A stretch of DNA of 64,000 nt from an uncultured Verrucomicrobiota bacterium (GCA_929200745.1 CAKNAS010000009.1:12256-76255), one strand, 5' to 3'; shown: positions 1 to 9,978, counted from the first letter of the stretch. The notes: a model not told the origin generated them from the letters alone. Program-made: numbers and translations.

Positions 1-413
1 AGTTAGACGCATTGTTTTCCCCCGAATTTGCATTGACCGTTTTTCATCCCAAAACAACACTTCACGATGGAGGAATGGTTATTATTCAGGGGCGTGTGGC
101 GGGTGCCGGATGTGTGTTTCCCGTTAGTTCGCGTGAATTGGAGGACAGGAGTACTGGGTTGCGCCACCGTGCTGCTATTGGTATTACGGAAGAAACCGAT
201 TGTGTGGCTGTGGTCATCAGTGAGGAGACAGGACAAATTTCTATCTGCATTGATGGGAAACTAGAACGTAATTTCAGTGAGGAAAATTTCCGTACGCGTA
301 TGGAAGACATATTTTTACCGAAGGAAGATAGACATGAAGAAAGTATTGAAGAGGAATTTGCCGGCGAAGATAGCGACGTTGATCGCGGCCGTAGCGATTT
401 GGTTCCTGATTAA
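1..413 (+). CDS. cdaA: diadenylate cyclase (CdaA/DacA family), C-terminal part; 5' end lies outside the window
   Basis: The frame is open from nt 3. It carries the DisA_N/DAC hallmark TLHDGGMVI...AGAGCVFPVS...LGLRHRAAIGITEETDCVAVVISEETGQISI. An acidic C-terminal tail follows. Confidence 0.8.
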   Translation, partial: LDALFSPEFALTVFHPKTTLHDGGMVIIQGRVAGAGCVFPVSSRELEDRSTGLRHRAAIGITEETDCVAVVISEETGQISICIDGKLERNFSEENFRTRMEDIFLPKEDRHEESIEEEFAGEDSDVDRGRSDLVPD

Positions 414-474
414 CGAAATTGTTAAAAATGAGAAGTCCGGAGCGAATCAGCCCGGGGTGATGGAGGGGCGCTAG
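334..474 (+). CDS. possible 46-aa membrane-anchor peptide resembling only the N-terminus of a YbbR/CdaR-type protein; overlaps the cdaA 3' end
   Basis: The ATG at 334 is preceded by AGGAAG (SD-like) about 8 nt upstream. The product MKKVLKRNLPAKIATLIAAVAIWFLINEIV has one TM helix, like the start of CdaR/YbbR proteins that normally follow cdaA, but no YbbR domains follow. Confidence 0.3.
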   Translation: MKKVLKRNLPAKIATLIAAVAIWFLINEIVKNEKSGANQPGVMEGR

Positions 475-510
475 TTCTGAAGAGCCAAGATAACGAATAT
501 ATTGTTAAAT

Positions 511-1155
511 ATGGAAGGGTTGTTTATTACTGGTACGGATACCGATGCGGGGAAGACTTATGTGTCGTCGCTTATTATTAAGGCTCTTCGCGAGGAGGGA
601 GTAGATGCGGTAGGATATAAGCCAATCTGCTGTGGTGGCAGGGAGGATGCCTATGCGTTGCAGAGTGCATCTGGTGGGGTGGTGGATTTGGATGATGTGA
701 ACCCGTGTTGGATGCGGTCTGCATCTGCGCCCTACGTCGCGGGAATGTTCGAAAATAAAGAATTAAATATAAAAAAACTGTTAGATGGTGCCCGTAATAT
801 GGCAGCCAACCACGGTCTGGTTCTATGCGAGGGAGTGGGTGGGTGGAAAGTGCCTATAACAAAAGATTATCTGGTGGCGGATTTTGCCAAAGATCTGGGA
901 TGGCCGGTATTACTTGTGGTGGGAAATCGACTTGGTGCACTGAATCACACAGCCTTGACGATTGATTCTATGCGTGCCTGCGGTATCGAGCCCGTGGGGA
1001 TGGTGTTTAATAACTTATCAGATGAACTGGATACTGCGGAGATCACTAACAAAGGTATTGCGGAGGAAATGACCGGTGTGCCCGTGTTGACAGATGTGAT
1101 TCACGGGCAGGCGGAGATTGAGGCTTGGCCGTTTCAGGATTTGATGGGCCAATAG
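511..1155 (+). CDS. bioD: dethiobiotin synthase
   Basis: N-terminal P-loop LFITGTDTDAGKTYVS, an EGVGGW motif, and a length of about 215 aa. The ATG at 511 is preferred over the TTG at 502. Confidence 0.85.
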   Translation: MEGLFITGTDTDAGKTYVSSLIIKALREEGVDAVGYKPICCGGREDAYALQSASGGVVDLDDVNPCWMRSASAPYVAGMFENKELNIKKLLDGARNMAANHGLVLCEGVGGWKVPITKDYLVADFAKDLGWPVLLVVGNRLGALNHTALTIDSMRACGIEPVGMVFNNLSDELDTAEITNKGIAEEMTGVPVLTDVIHGQAEIEAWPFQDLMGQ

Positions 1156-1194
1156 AAACTGGTCATTGGCTACGAATTGATATATTAAGTAGGT

Positions 1195-1668
1195 ATGATT
1201 GACATGCTGGTGAGGCTTTATGATCTGCCTGATACGGGTGATGTTTACGCGCGTGTTCAGGAGGAGGGGGTTATTTTGCGTCGTGCTCGTGCCTATGAGC
1301 GCCACATTGTAGCTGCATGGGCAGCTGAGCATTTTTCTCCGAAATGGGAAAGCGAGGTGAAGATTGCGTTTTCCCGTCAGCCTGTGACTTGTTACATCGC
1401 GACTAAGGATAAAGAGATACTTGGTTTTGCATGTTATGAAACTACGGCCAAAGGATTTTATGGTCCGACGGGTGTGAGTGAATGTGCACGTGGTACTGGT
1501 ATTGGCAAAGCTCTCTTGTTCAAGTCACTGGAGGGACTTAGAGATCTTGGGTATGTCTATGGTGTGATCGGTGGGGTGGGGCCACGTGATTTTTACGAGA
1601 AGGTTTGTGGAGCTGTTGAAATTCCCAGCAGCGATCCTGGAATCTACCGTGACATCCTTCCTGACTGA
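1195..1668 (+). CDS. GNAT-family N-acetyltransferase
   Basis: 157 aa. An acetyl-CoA binding-like segment RGTGIGKALLFKSLEGLRDLGY (R/Q-x-x-G-x-G/A type) is present. Confidence 0.6.
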   Translation: MIDMLVRLYDLPDTGDVYARVQEEGVILRRARAYERHIVAAWAAEHFSPKWESEVKIAFSRQPVTCYIATKDKEILGFACYETTAKGFYGPTGVSECARGTGIGKALLFKSLEGLRDLGYVYGVIGGVGPRDFYEKVCGAVEIPSSDPGIYRDILPD

Positions 1669-1703
1669 CTTGATAGTTGCGATTTATCATTTAACATAAC
1701 TAC

Positions 1704-2375
1704 GTGCAGGATCCAAAATACGTAAAAAAGGCATTCAGCCGCATTGCTGATCGTTACGTGTCTACTAACCACGTGCTCAGCATGGGCACAGACATTCTCT
1801 GGCGAAAGAAAGTAGGGAGAATAGTAGCAAGGTGGGAGCCAGTTAAGGTGCTTGATGCAGCCACAGGAACTGGAGATCTTGCACTGGAAATTCAGAAAAA
1901 ATGCCCGAAGACTGAAGTCACGGGGTCAGATTTTTGTGAGGAAATGCTGGCTTATGCAACGGATGGGGGGGTTAAAAAGACGGTTGTGGCCGATGCTCTC
2001 AATATGCCATTTGAGGATGATTCATTTGATGTGCTTACGGTGGCGTTTGGATTGCGTAACATGGCGAGTTGGCCCTGTGCATTGAAGGAAATGTCACGTG
2101 TGGTGCGGCCGGGGGGACATCTGCTGGTGCTTGATTTTTCCTTGCCTACGGGGATTCTGCGAGGGCCTTATCGCTTTTACCTCAATAAGGTCTTGCCTAA
2201 GATTGCTGGATTGATGACGGGTGAAAAAGATGCTTATGAGTATTTGGCAGGAACCATTGAAGAGTTTCCCAGTGGCTCGGAGATGTGTGAACTGATTGTC
2301 GCAAATGGATTTCGCGATGCTGAGGCTGAGCCATTGACCTGCGGGGTGGCGAGTATCTATACGGCACAGGTGTGA
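1704..2375 (+). CDS. ubiE: demethylmenaquinone/ubiquinone C-methyltransferase (UbiE/MenG family)
   Basis: GTG start. It has the FSRIADRYVSTNHVLSMGTDILWRK family N-terminus and SAM motif I VLDAATGTGDLA; FGLRNM is also present. Confidence 0.85.
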   Translation: MQDPKYVKKAFSRIADRYVSTNHVLSMGTDILWRKKVGRIVARWEPVKVLDAATGTGDLALEIQKKCPKTEVTGSDFCEEMLAYATDGGVKKTVVADALNMPFEDDSFDVLTVAFGLRNMASWPCALKEMSRVVRPGGHLLVLDFSLPTGILRGPYRFYLNKVLPKIAGLMTGEKDAYEYLAGTIEEFPSGSEMCELIVANGFRDAEAEPLTCGVASIYTAQV

Positions 2376-2417
2376 TATAGCGTTGCGCATTATAAACCAT
2401 TTGCTTATCCTTCGGTT

Positions 2418-3512
2418 ATGTCGATTCAGCACTTCGCCAATCAATTTGTTTGTGATCTTGTGGCTTACGAGCCAGGAAAACCTATTGAGGAGACTGCCCG
2501 AGAGCTTGGGCTTGATCCTGATGCTATCGTTAAGCTTGCATCTAATGAGAATCCCCTTGGGCCAGCGCCAGCAGCGATTGCGGCGATGAATAGTGAGGCA
2601 TCTGGTGTGCACATCTACCCCGATGGTGGTGGCTACAAGCTAAGACAGGCATTGGCGGATCATCATGATTTGGATTTGGCTAATGTGGTTTTGGGTAATG
2701 GATCTAACGAGATTATTGAGCTACTATGCCATTGTTTTCTCAATCCAAAAACAGAGCTGATTGCTGCGGAGCATGCATTCGTGGTGTATAAGCTTATGGC
2801 AACCTTGTTTGGAGCCAAATATGTTGAGGTGGCGGATCCTGATTTTGTTCACGATCTGGATGGCATGGCGGACGCTATTACAAGCGAGACGCGATTGGTA
2901 TTTATCGCGAATCCTAATAACCCGACTGGAACGATGGTGAATCAGGAGGTTTTAGACCGATTCATGGATCGGCTTCCTGATCATGTGGTGGCGGTGCTGG
3001 ACGAGGCGTATTACGAGTTTTTAGATGATGCGCCGGATACGGTGAAATATGTGCGTGAAGGACGCAATGTTTGTGTGTTACGTACTTTTTCTAAAGCGTA
3101 TGGACTGGCTGGATTGAGAATAGGTTATGGCTTGGCCTCCCCTCAGGTGGCGATGGTATTGCAAAAGGCACGTCAGCCGTTTAATGCTAACTCCATGGCT
3201 CAGGCGGCGGCGTTGGCCGCTATGAATGATGCTGAGCATGTAGCAAAAACAATGGAGCTGAATCGTGCAGGTTTGACTTTTTATGAGCGCGCGTTCACAA
3301 AACGCCGACTTGAGTATGTTCCGAGTGCAGCAAATTTTGTGCTGGTTAAGGTAGGTGCTGGTGATGCTGTATTTCAAGCGATGCTTGAGAGGGGCGTTAT
3401 TGTGCGGGCTATGAGCGGTTATAAGCTGCCTGAGTGGGTGCGTATTTCCATTGGAACGATGCCTGAGAATGAGCGCTGTATCGAAGTGCTCGACGAAGTG
3501 ATGCAAGGTTGA
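2418..3512 (+). CDS. hisC: histidinol-phosphate aminotransferase
   Basis: LASNENPLGP motif, PLP-lysine motif TFSKAYGLAGLRIGY, and NPNNPTG. Length 364 aa. Confidence 0.9.
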   Translation: MSIQHFANQFVCDLVAYEPGKPIEETARELGLDPDAIVKLASNENPLGPAPAAIAAMNSEASGVHIYPDGGGYKLRQALADHHDLDLANVVLGNGSNEIIELLCHCFLNPKTELIAAEHAFVVYKLMATLFGAKYVEVADPDFVHDLDGMADAITSETRLVFIANPNNPTGTMVNQEVLDRFMDRLPDHVVAVLDEAYYEFLDDAPDTVKYVREGRNVCVLRTFSKAYGLAGLRIGYGLASPQVAMVLQKARQPFNANSMAQAAALAAMNDAEHVAKTMELNRAGLTFYERAFTKRRLEYVPSAANFVLVKVGAGDAVFQAMLERGVIVRAMSGYKLPEWVRISIGTMPENERCIEVLDEVMQG

Positions 3513-3559
3513 CACTTGATAGCTATCAATTATGGTAGTTCCACTAGTAATACATAACA

Positions 3560-4699
3560 ATGAAGAGTGGCGTATCCATAACCTCCAACGCAAGCTTTGC
3601 CTGTAAGTCTTGCCAGGAACACATTTGTTTTCCGGTGGACACCCCTATGTTAGCGTTGGCGTGTCCTCATTGTGGAGAGAAAGTATCCCATCCTGATCGG
3701 GGAAAACTTGCTACTTCCCAACCTATTGCCGCAATAATGACGGTATTACTCCTGATTTTTGTCGGATGTCTGATTGTTTGGTTTGTTGAGAATTGGCAAC
3801 AAGATCGAGGCGATTCTGTTGTTGGCTCATCTGCGCATGGAGGTAATGAGAACGCTGATGTGTCAGAAGAAGCTCTCTTGAAGAGAAGTTTGGGCAACGA
3901 TGTTTCTGAGGTGATTAAGGCATTCACCGATAACTCGACTCCTGAGGAGCGTTTGAAAAATGTCACTAGCAACAAAGGTGTGATGGACGAACTCAGGGTA
4001 TATCATCCAAAGAAAAAGGACGCTAGAAAAGCCCCTACATACTACCTCGGTCAAACGACGGGAACATCTGCGCACCGATGGTATGACATTTTTTTAATGC
4101 AACGCCCTCAGCCAGCCCCATTAAACATAAGGGAATATTTTGCCCCCAGAGAGTTGCGTGATACTGAATTGGTTAAGCAGAAGGCATCGCTCATAGAAGA
4201 GGCACGTCGTATTGACGGGGACAATTTATCTAAGCCAATTCGTATCAATGCTTTTTTTAAGGAAATAGATGGCAAGCTCAAGCTTGACACCTCAGTTTTC
4301 ATCCAAGGAAAAACTAGGAGATTAAAGAACTTCACAAATTACGGGAAACCCGGGAAATCAATGATGTTTCGTGTGGTGGCTAGTGAATCTTTAAGCCATC
4401 GATACCGGCGTGATCCATCAGTGAGAACCTATCGGTTTGAGGATTTTGCCTTTCCGGCAGATTTCGTTATACTTCCAGTCGAGGTGGGGTCTAAGTTAGG
4501 AAATGTTCTTTCGCGGCTTAATTGGCAGGGGAAGAACTGGGGCCGAGTTCATAAGACGGCTACGGTAGAGCTTGAATGGAGTAATGAAATTCCATCAACT
4601 CTAGGAATCAAGCGACTTATGTGCTGGGAGTCGCTCGACAGGGGTGATGAGATGGAAGGTGTCGAAACTGCTTCCATGGGAGAGCCAGCACCGAGGTAG
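3560..4699 (+). CDS. hypothetical membrane protein: N-terminal CxxC...CxxC zinc ribbon, one TM helix, about 300-aa extracytoplasmic domain
   Basis: CKSC...(22 aa)...CPHC is followed by the hydrophobic segment IAAIMTVLLLIFVGCLIVWFV. I recognise no family for the C-terminal domain. Confidence 0.5.
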   Translation: MKSGVSITSNASFACKSCQEHICFPVDTPMLALACPHCGEKVSHPDRGKLATSQPIAAIMTVLLLIFVGCLIVWFVENWQQDRGDSVVGSSAHGGNENADVSEEALLKRSLGNDVSEVIKAFTDNSTPEERLKNVTSNKGVMDELRVYHPKKKDARKAPTYYLGQTTGTSAHRWYDIFLMQRPQPAPLNIREYFAPRELRDTELVKQKASLIEEARRIDGDNLSKPIRINAFFKEIDGKLKLDTSVFIQGKTRRLKNFTNYGKPGKSMMFRVVASESLSHRYRRDPSVRTYRFEDFAFPADFVILPVEVGSKLGNVLSRLNWQGKNWGRVHKTATVELEWSNEIPSTLGIKRLMCWESLDRGDEMEGVETASMGEPAPR

Positions 4700-4708
4700 C
4701 ACAGAATC

Positions 4709-6052
4709 ATGGAATCAACGATTGCTGCCATTGCCACACCTCCCGGAATGGGCGCGATAGGCATGATCCGTGTGAGTGGAGCAGAGGCGTTTTCACATAT
4801 GAGTCAGTGTCTACCTGCGTCCCAAGCCTGCAGTGCTATGAAGGAACGTATCGCCACACTGACAAAAATTGTCGATACCGATGGCGAAACGATCGATGAG
4901 GTGCTGGCCACTTGTTTTCATGGTCCACGCAGCTACACCGGTGAGGACACGGTGGAGATCGCCTGCCACGGTGGCGTCTTGGTGATGCGGCGGGTTTTGC
5001 AGAGGTTGCTTGATGTGGGAGTGCTGCCGGCTGGAGCTGGTGAGTTTAGTCAGAGGGCGTTTCTTAATGGGAAAATGGACCTGACTCAGGCGGAGGCGGT
5101 GATGGATTTGATTTCGGCGCAAACCGAGCTGGCGATGCGGGCCGCGCACGAGCAGTTACAGGGGACACTGGGAAATGATGCGGAATCCATCCGAGATGAG
5201 ATCCTTGGGATTGCAGCTCACACCGAGGCATACATCGATTTTCCAGAGGAGGATATTGATACCGATACGGGGAACACTTTAAAGAAACGGTTAGGCGAGG
5301 TTTGCGCGAAAATCGACCGGCTACTGCAAACCGCTGAACATGGGCGTATTCTACGCGAGGGTGTGCGCACTGTGATTTTTGGATCCCCCAACGCTGGGAA
5401 ATCGAGCTTGCTGAATCGGTTGTTAGGATACGAACGCGCCATCGTCAGTGATATCGAGGGTACCACCCGCGACACCGTCGAGGAAGTGTTGAACCTTCAG
5501 GGGATTCCCGTGCGCCTTATTGATACTGCTGGCATGCGGGAGTCGGATGACGCCATCGAACAACAGGGTGTGAAACGAACCCGCGACCAGTTGGAAACGG
5601 CGGACCTGATTTTGGAAGTCGTCGATGGCACCCAGCCACGTGTAAGTCATCTGAGTGATGATGAGATCGGTGGACGTCATCATATCCATGTGATTAATAA
5701 AGCGGATCTTGAATTGCATTCCGACTGGAATAGCGCAGCGGGAGTCAAGATTTCCTGCACCCAGGCAACCGGGCTTGATGAGCTGGCTAACACTATTGCC
5801 CATGAGCTTTCCATGGGTGCTGGCGAGTGGGGTGGCCATGCTGTAGCAATCAATACCCGTCACCAGGCGTGTCTGAAACGTGCTAGGGCAGCGCTTGAAG
5901 CGGCAGAACGCACGCTCAACGATGGCCAAAGCGCCGAGTTCATATCCGTTGAGCTGCGGGATGCCATGGAGTCAATTGGCGAGATCGCCGGAAGAATCGA
6001 TACCGAGGAATTGTTAGGCGAGATCTTCAGTAGCTTTTGTATCGGAAAGTAG
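4709..6052 (+). CDS. mnmE: tRNA modification GTPase MnmE (TrmE)
   Basis: G1 motif GSPNAGKSSLLN, DTAG, NKADL, and the invariant C-terminal CIGK. Length 447 aa. Confidence 0.95.
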   Translation: MESTIAAIATPPGMGAIGMIRVSGAEAFSHMSQCLPASQACSAMKERIATLTKIVDTDGETIDEVLATCFHGPRSYTGEDTVEIACHGGVLVMRRVLQRLLDVGVLPAGAGEFSQRAFLNGKMDLTQAEAVMDLISAQTELAMRAAHEQLQGTLGNDAESIRDEILGIAAHTEAYIDFPEEDIDTDTGNTLKKRLGEVCAKIDRLLQTAEHGRILREGVRTVIFGSPNAGKSSLLNRLLGYERAIVSDIEGTTRDTVEEVLNLQGIPVRLIDTAGMRESDDAIEQQGVKRTRDQLETADLILEVVDGTQPRVSHLSDDEIGGRHHIHVINKADLELHSDWNSAAGVKISCTQATGLDELANTIAHELSMGAGEWGGHAVAINTRHQACLKRARAALEAAERTLNDGQSAEFISVELRDAMESIGEIAGRIDTEELLGEIFSSFCIGK

Positions 6053-6213
6053 GTATGAAGTGATGAAGCGTCGAGGGATTGATGGGTGCAGATCGTCAAA
6101 AATCGATTGTGATTTATATTTCACGGAGGTGCATGATTTTACTGGATGAATAATTACAGCCATTGATTGACTGGCTAACCAATGCGTAGCCAAGTCAGCT
6201 ACTCTGACAGTTT

Positions 6214-8067
6214 TTACTTCTCCTTGCTCTCGTCGTAGAAGATTTTGATATCAGCTTCTTTGGTCCCGAGCAGTTCCTGAGCACGGATCAGGGCGTCGCG
6301 AGTGGAGATGTTCGGGTTTTCGCTAAAGTACATGAACAAGTTGGTTTCGCCCTCGGTGCGGTCGCACCCTTGTTGCAGAGTATTGAGCACCCCGGATTTT
6401 TTTAGCACCTCGTAAACGTCGCGGGTGGCACCTGAGATGAGAACGTGAACGCCTTTTTTGCGCGTGTGTTTGATCAGGTCCTCGAGGGCGAGCACGCTGG
6501 TGGCATCTAGGTGGCGGGCATTTTTGAGCCTCAGGATGATCACCTTGAGGTTTTGGTCGGCAATGGTGCGCTGGACCTGGGTGCGAAACAGATCGGCGGC
6601 ACCGAAAAACAGGTCACCCTCGACGTGGACGATGGAGATGGATGGGTTTGGGCGTTTGGTTTTTTCACCCATTTCGCGTAAGTCACCTTCGTCGCTAATC
6701 TCGTATTCAACGAGGTGAGGTCGGGAAGCTTTGCGTAGAAACAGGGTGATAGAGAGAGCGACGCCGATGAAGATGGCGTAGTCGAGCCGGGTTAGCAAGG
6801 TGGCGGAAAATGTCGTGATGATGACCAAGGCGTCATCGGGCGTTGAGCGCAGGCAGATCCGGATGTTTTTCCAGTTCATCAGCGAGATGGCGATTCCGAT
6901 GACTAGCGAGGCCAGTGAGGCTTTAGGAATGTTTTCAACGATGGGAAGTTTAACGAGTGCAAAAAATCCTAACAGGCATAGAATGCCGCAGAAAATCGAT
7001 GAGAATCGTGACCTCGAGTGTGATTCGTAATTGAGAGCTGATCGTGTTAGTGAACCCGATGCTGGCATCGCCGCGGTGAGTGAGGTGGCGATGTTGGCCA
7101 TACCTACCGAGAGCATGTCTTGGTTGACATCGGTGCGGCTGCCTGAGCGGCTCGCGAGGGATTTGGCCATGACGGTATTCTCTAGAGAGGCGAGAAAAGC
7201 GATAGCAAAGGCGACGCCGATCAGGCTGGAGATATTCTCCCAGTTGATATCAGGTAGACCGGGGGAGATTTGATCGAGCTGGAAGGCATCGAAGGTGGCG
7301 AGTGACTCGAATGGTGATACCCATATTCGCAATATAAGTCCGGCAAGGGATGAGATTGCTAGGCTTAGTGCAAAATTTGGCAACAGCGGCAGTTTTTTCT
7401 GTAGGATCAAGTAGAGCAGAAGTGTTCCGATACCCAGTGATACTGGTTGCCAGTGAAAACTTTCCCAAAGTCCCGCCATCTTGTCGACAATGGCAAAAAA
7501 TGTTTTTGCAGATTCGCCCTCACTCATCGGCTCTGCGATTCCTAATAGGTGCTTTAATTGGTTGGTGAGAATGAGCAGTGCGGCGCCGGTGATGTATCCG
7601 ACCAAGACGCTTCGGCTGACATACTGAAGTAAATCGGCGACCTTGAATAGCGCTCCGAAGACCGAGAGCACCCCTACCATCATGACGAGCAGCGGCATGT
7701 ATTCGACAGGAGGCTTATCCATCACCCCTTGTGCGGCGAAGAAACTGAAAATCATGAATGACGTCGCATTTGTGGGGCCTAGGATCGTATGGCGCGAGGC
7801 GGCAAAAACAGGTGCTACCATTGCGGCGATGGCGGAGCAGATAATGCCGTAATAAATGGGTAGTTCTGCGATGGCTGCGTATGCCATGCCTTGCGGGAGT
7901 GCGAGTAGCGCTACATTGAGGCCTGCCTTGATGTCGTAGCCGAATTTCTCTTTATTGTAGCGCCTCAGCGGACCACGGATCGGCAACCAGTCTAGACCAT
8001 TACCAGAGATGACACGCAGAGTGGCTTTACGAAGATCGCGAAAGAATGCTTTGAGCTGTCGCTGCAT
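6214..8067 (-). CDS. SulP-family anion transporter with C-terminal STAS domain
   Basis: 617 aa and polytopic. SulP-like segments include GLNVALLALPQGMAYAAIAELP. The C-terminus (IVHVEGDLFFGAADLF...IILRLKNARHLDATSVLALEDL) is STAS-like. Confidence 0.85.
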   Translation of the reverse strand: MQRQLKAFFRDLRKATLRVISGNGLDWLPIRGPLRRYNKEKFGYDIKAGLNVALLALPQGMAYAAIAELPIYYGIICSAIAAMVAPVFAASRHTILGPTNATSFMIFSFFAAQGVMDKPPVEYMPLLVMMVGVLSVFGALFKVADLLQYVSRSVLVGYITGAALLILTNQLKHLLGIAEPMSEGESAKTFFAIVDKMAGLWESFHWQPVSLGIGTLLLYLILQKKLPLLPNFALSLAISSLAGLILRIWVSPFESLATFDAFQLDQISPGLPDINWENISSLIGVAFAIAFLASLENTVMAKSLASRSGSRTDVNQDMLSVGMANIATSLTAAMPASGSLTRSALNYESHSRSRFSSIFCGILCLLGFFALVKLPIVENIPKASLASLVIGIAISLMNWKNIRICLRSTPDDALVIITTFSATLLTRLDYAIFIGVALSITLFLRKASRPHLVEYEISDEGDLREMGEKTKRPNPSISIVHVEGDLFFGAADLFRTQVQRTIADQNLKVIILRLKNARHLDATSVLALEDLIKHTRKKGVHVLISGATRDVYEVLKKSGVLNTLQQGCDRTEGETNLFMYFSENPNISTRDALIRAQELLGTKEADIKIFYDESKEK

Positions 8068-8073
8068 AATGGA

Positions 8074-9177
8074 TTATTTTCTACGTGCTCGGAAAAAGAG
8101 TGATATACCTAGGGCTAAACAAACTACGTTTGGTAACCAGAATAGAAGAATGGCTGTGTTTCCCTCCTTTTTCTGAAACTCGGAGGCGATCATAAAGAAG
8201 AGAAAGTAACCGAGACCCACTGCGATGCTGATCGCAAGCCCAGTGGATGTCTCCTTACGGCGCGCATTAATCCCGAGAGGTACTGCGACCAGGGCAAGGG
8301 CAAGGCAGGCACACGAGAAGGCATATCGGCGGTGGATTTCGTTGTTAAGGTTGTAACGTTTGGATACCTCGATCTCCTCGCCAGTTGCTAGCCGCGCTCG
8401 AATTTCATCGTTTGTCATTGTGCTTGGTTTTCGGCGTTTCTTGCGGTCTGCGGTGAAGTCGAAAAGCAGTGGTTCCCACTCGCCGATGAATGCTAGTTCT
8501 CGGGTGCCATCTGGATTTTGACTGTCAATGGTGGCATCGGTAAGATTTAGCCGGATTTGTTTCGACTCATCAATGATCTTGAGTTTAGCTTCGCGAGCAT
8601 AAATGCTTCGGCTAGGAAAATCAGTTTCGTTTTCCTCATTGAGGTGGTAAATGTGCAATCCGTTAAGGATATTGCCGTTGCGTCCTTCAATAAAAATTTT
8701 CTGTCCCTTAAACCGTGTTTGCACCACGCCGGGATCAAGCATGGCATTGGGATTTTCTTTGACGGCCTCATACAGGACGAACTTCATCGTATCTTTTGCC
8801 TTTGGTGCCATTGATATATTGAGCCACAGGCAAAGAGCAGAGAGGAGTGCCGCAATCACAAAAACGGGCATCGATATTCTAAGCAAACTTAGACCTGACA
8901 TTCGCATGCTTACCAGTTCGTTTTCAGCGGATAATCTGCCGAAAACCAAGAGAACGGCGACAAGAAACCCCCAGGGAATCGTGTAGATAAGAGAAAAGGG
9001 AAGAAAACTTAGAACGAACTGCCCCACTTGCATAGGGGATGCTTTATCCTCGACTAATAGCGGCCTCAGTTCCTTAAAAAGGTTTCCCATGACGAGCATC
9101 ACGCTGAGCAGGACTACACCAAAAATCGTCGCAGAAATGATCTGCTTGCCGATGTAGCGATCCATAAGGCGTAACAT
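8074..9177 (-). CDS. LptF/LptG-family LPS export permease
   Basis: N-terminus LMDRYIGKQII, typical of the YjgP/YjgQ family. Layout is 3 TM, a periplasmic beta-jellyroll-size insert, then 3 TM. Length 367 aa. Confidence 0.8.
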   Translation of the reverse strand: MLRLMDRYIGKQIISATIFGVVLLSVMLVMGNLFKELRPLLVEDKASPMQVGQFVLSFLPFSLIYTIPWGFLVAVLLVFGRLSAENELVSMRMSGLSLLRISMPVFVIAALLSALCLWLNISMAPKAKDTMKFVLYEAVKENPNAMLDPGVVQTRFKGQKIFIEGRNGNILNGLHIYHLNEENETDFPSRSIYAREAKLKIIDESKQIRLNLTDATIDSQNPDGTRELAFIGEWEPLLFDFTADRKKRRKPSTMTNDEIRARLATGEEIEVSKRYNLNNEIHRRYAFSCACLALALVAVPLGINARRKETSTGLAISIAVGLGYFLFFMIASEFQKKEGNTAILLFWLPNVVCLALGISLFFRARRK

Positions 9178-9423
9178 GGTCTTATTGTTAAAAAAGATCG
9201 GCCCCGCTGTCGAGGATGGACTGTAGCAGATCGGTCATCTAGCTTGTGTACTATAATACGACCTTCCTGTTGATTAATGACGAAGTCTCACTGAGTGACG
9301 ACTGCTGCGCAATCGATCATTGATGACGTAAGCGCAACAGGCTCGAAGTCATTGAGAGGCATTATTCAGTTGTCGGCGTGCCTACTACTTTGCACTGAGG
9401 AGAATCTATCAAGGAAGATGGAG

Positions 9424-9903
9424 TTAGATCTGCTGCATTGATCTGGGCTCGCCGAGTATCTCCTTGAGGATCACAGCCTTACGCGCGGAGTCGGGACTGG
9501 CGAGCATGTCGCGAACGGATCCGGTTGCGGTACTTCGAGGTCGATCTTTACGCAGTTTGTCGAGGCTCTGGAACCGCTCCATTGCGGCTTGCTCTTCTGC
9601 GCTGAGTTGGTTTTTTTTGAAGCTAAAGTGGTCAGGGTGGGCACTCGCTGGGGGAGTGGATGCGACGTAAATCGGCGGCGCTACTGCATCAGTTCGGGGC
9701 AGTGGTGGCGGTGCGGATGCCTTTGGTTCTGAGTGTGTTTGGCGCTGCCGAATTTCCTCACGGAAATCATCATACATGTCCTCCAGTGTGTCAGAGACCT
9801 CATGAGGTGCCTGCGGACCCTTGATTTTCTCAATTAACCATTTGATGGCGCCGACCACTACAAAGAGGATCAGAAAAATGACCTGTTCGGGGATGTCTCC
9901 CAT
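9424..9903 (-). CDS. hypothetical single-pass membrane protein with a proline-rich linker, downstream of floA
   Basis: N-terminal TM helix VIFLILFVVVGAIKWLI, a PPPLPRTDAVAPPIYVASTPP stretch, and a C-terminal AVILKEILGEP. It lies 75 nt downstream of floA on the same strand. Confidence 0.5.
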   Translation of the reverse strand: MGDIPEQVIFLILFVVVGAIKWLIEKIKGPQAPHEVSDTLEDMYDDFREEIRQRQTHSEPKASAPPPLPRTDAVAPPIYVASTPPASAHPDHFSFKKNQLSAEEQAAMERFQSLDKLRKDRPRSTATGSVRDMLASPDSARKAVILKEILGEPRSMQQI

Positions 9904-9978
9904 GAGAATTAGAGTTTTATGTTTGAGGAATCAAAAAATGGGCGAGGTTGCACCGCCTGGAGGCGGTGCACGGGTTAA

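Noticed and set aside
6053-6213. An imperfect inverted repeat (ttgactggcta...tagccaagtcag) between the convergent mnmE and SulP genes, considered as a possible bidirectional terminator.
   Set aside because: The stem has a mismatch or bulge and no flanking T/A tracts. It is not strong enough to call.
9252-9257. A perfect TATAAT on the plus strand in the 246-nt spacer upstream of lptF/G, considered as a possible promoter for an antisense or small RNA.
   Set aside because: There is no acceptable -35 at 16-18 nt spacing and no plus-strand gene or structured element downstream. The spacer most simply holds the minus-strand lptF/G promoter.
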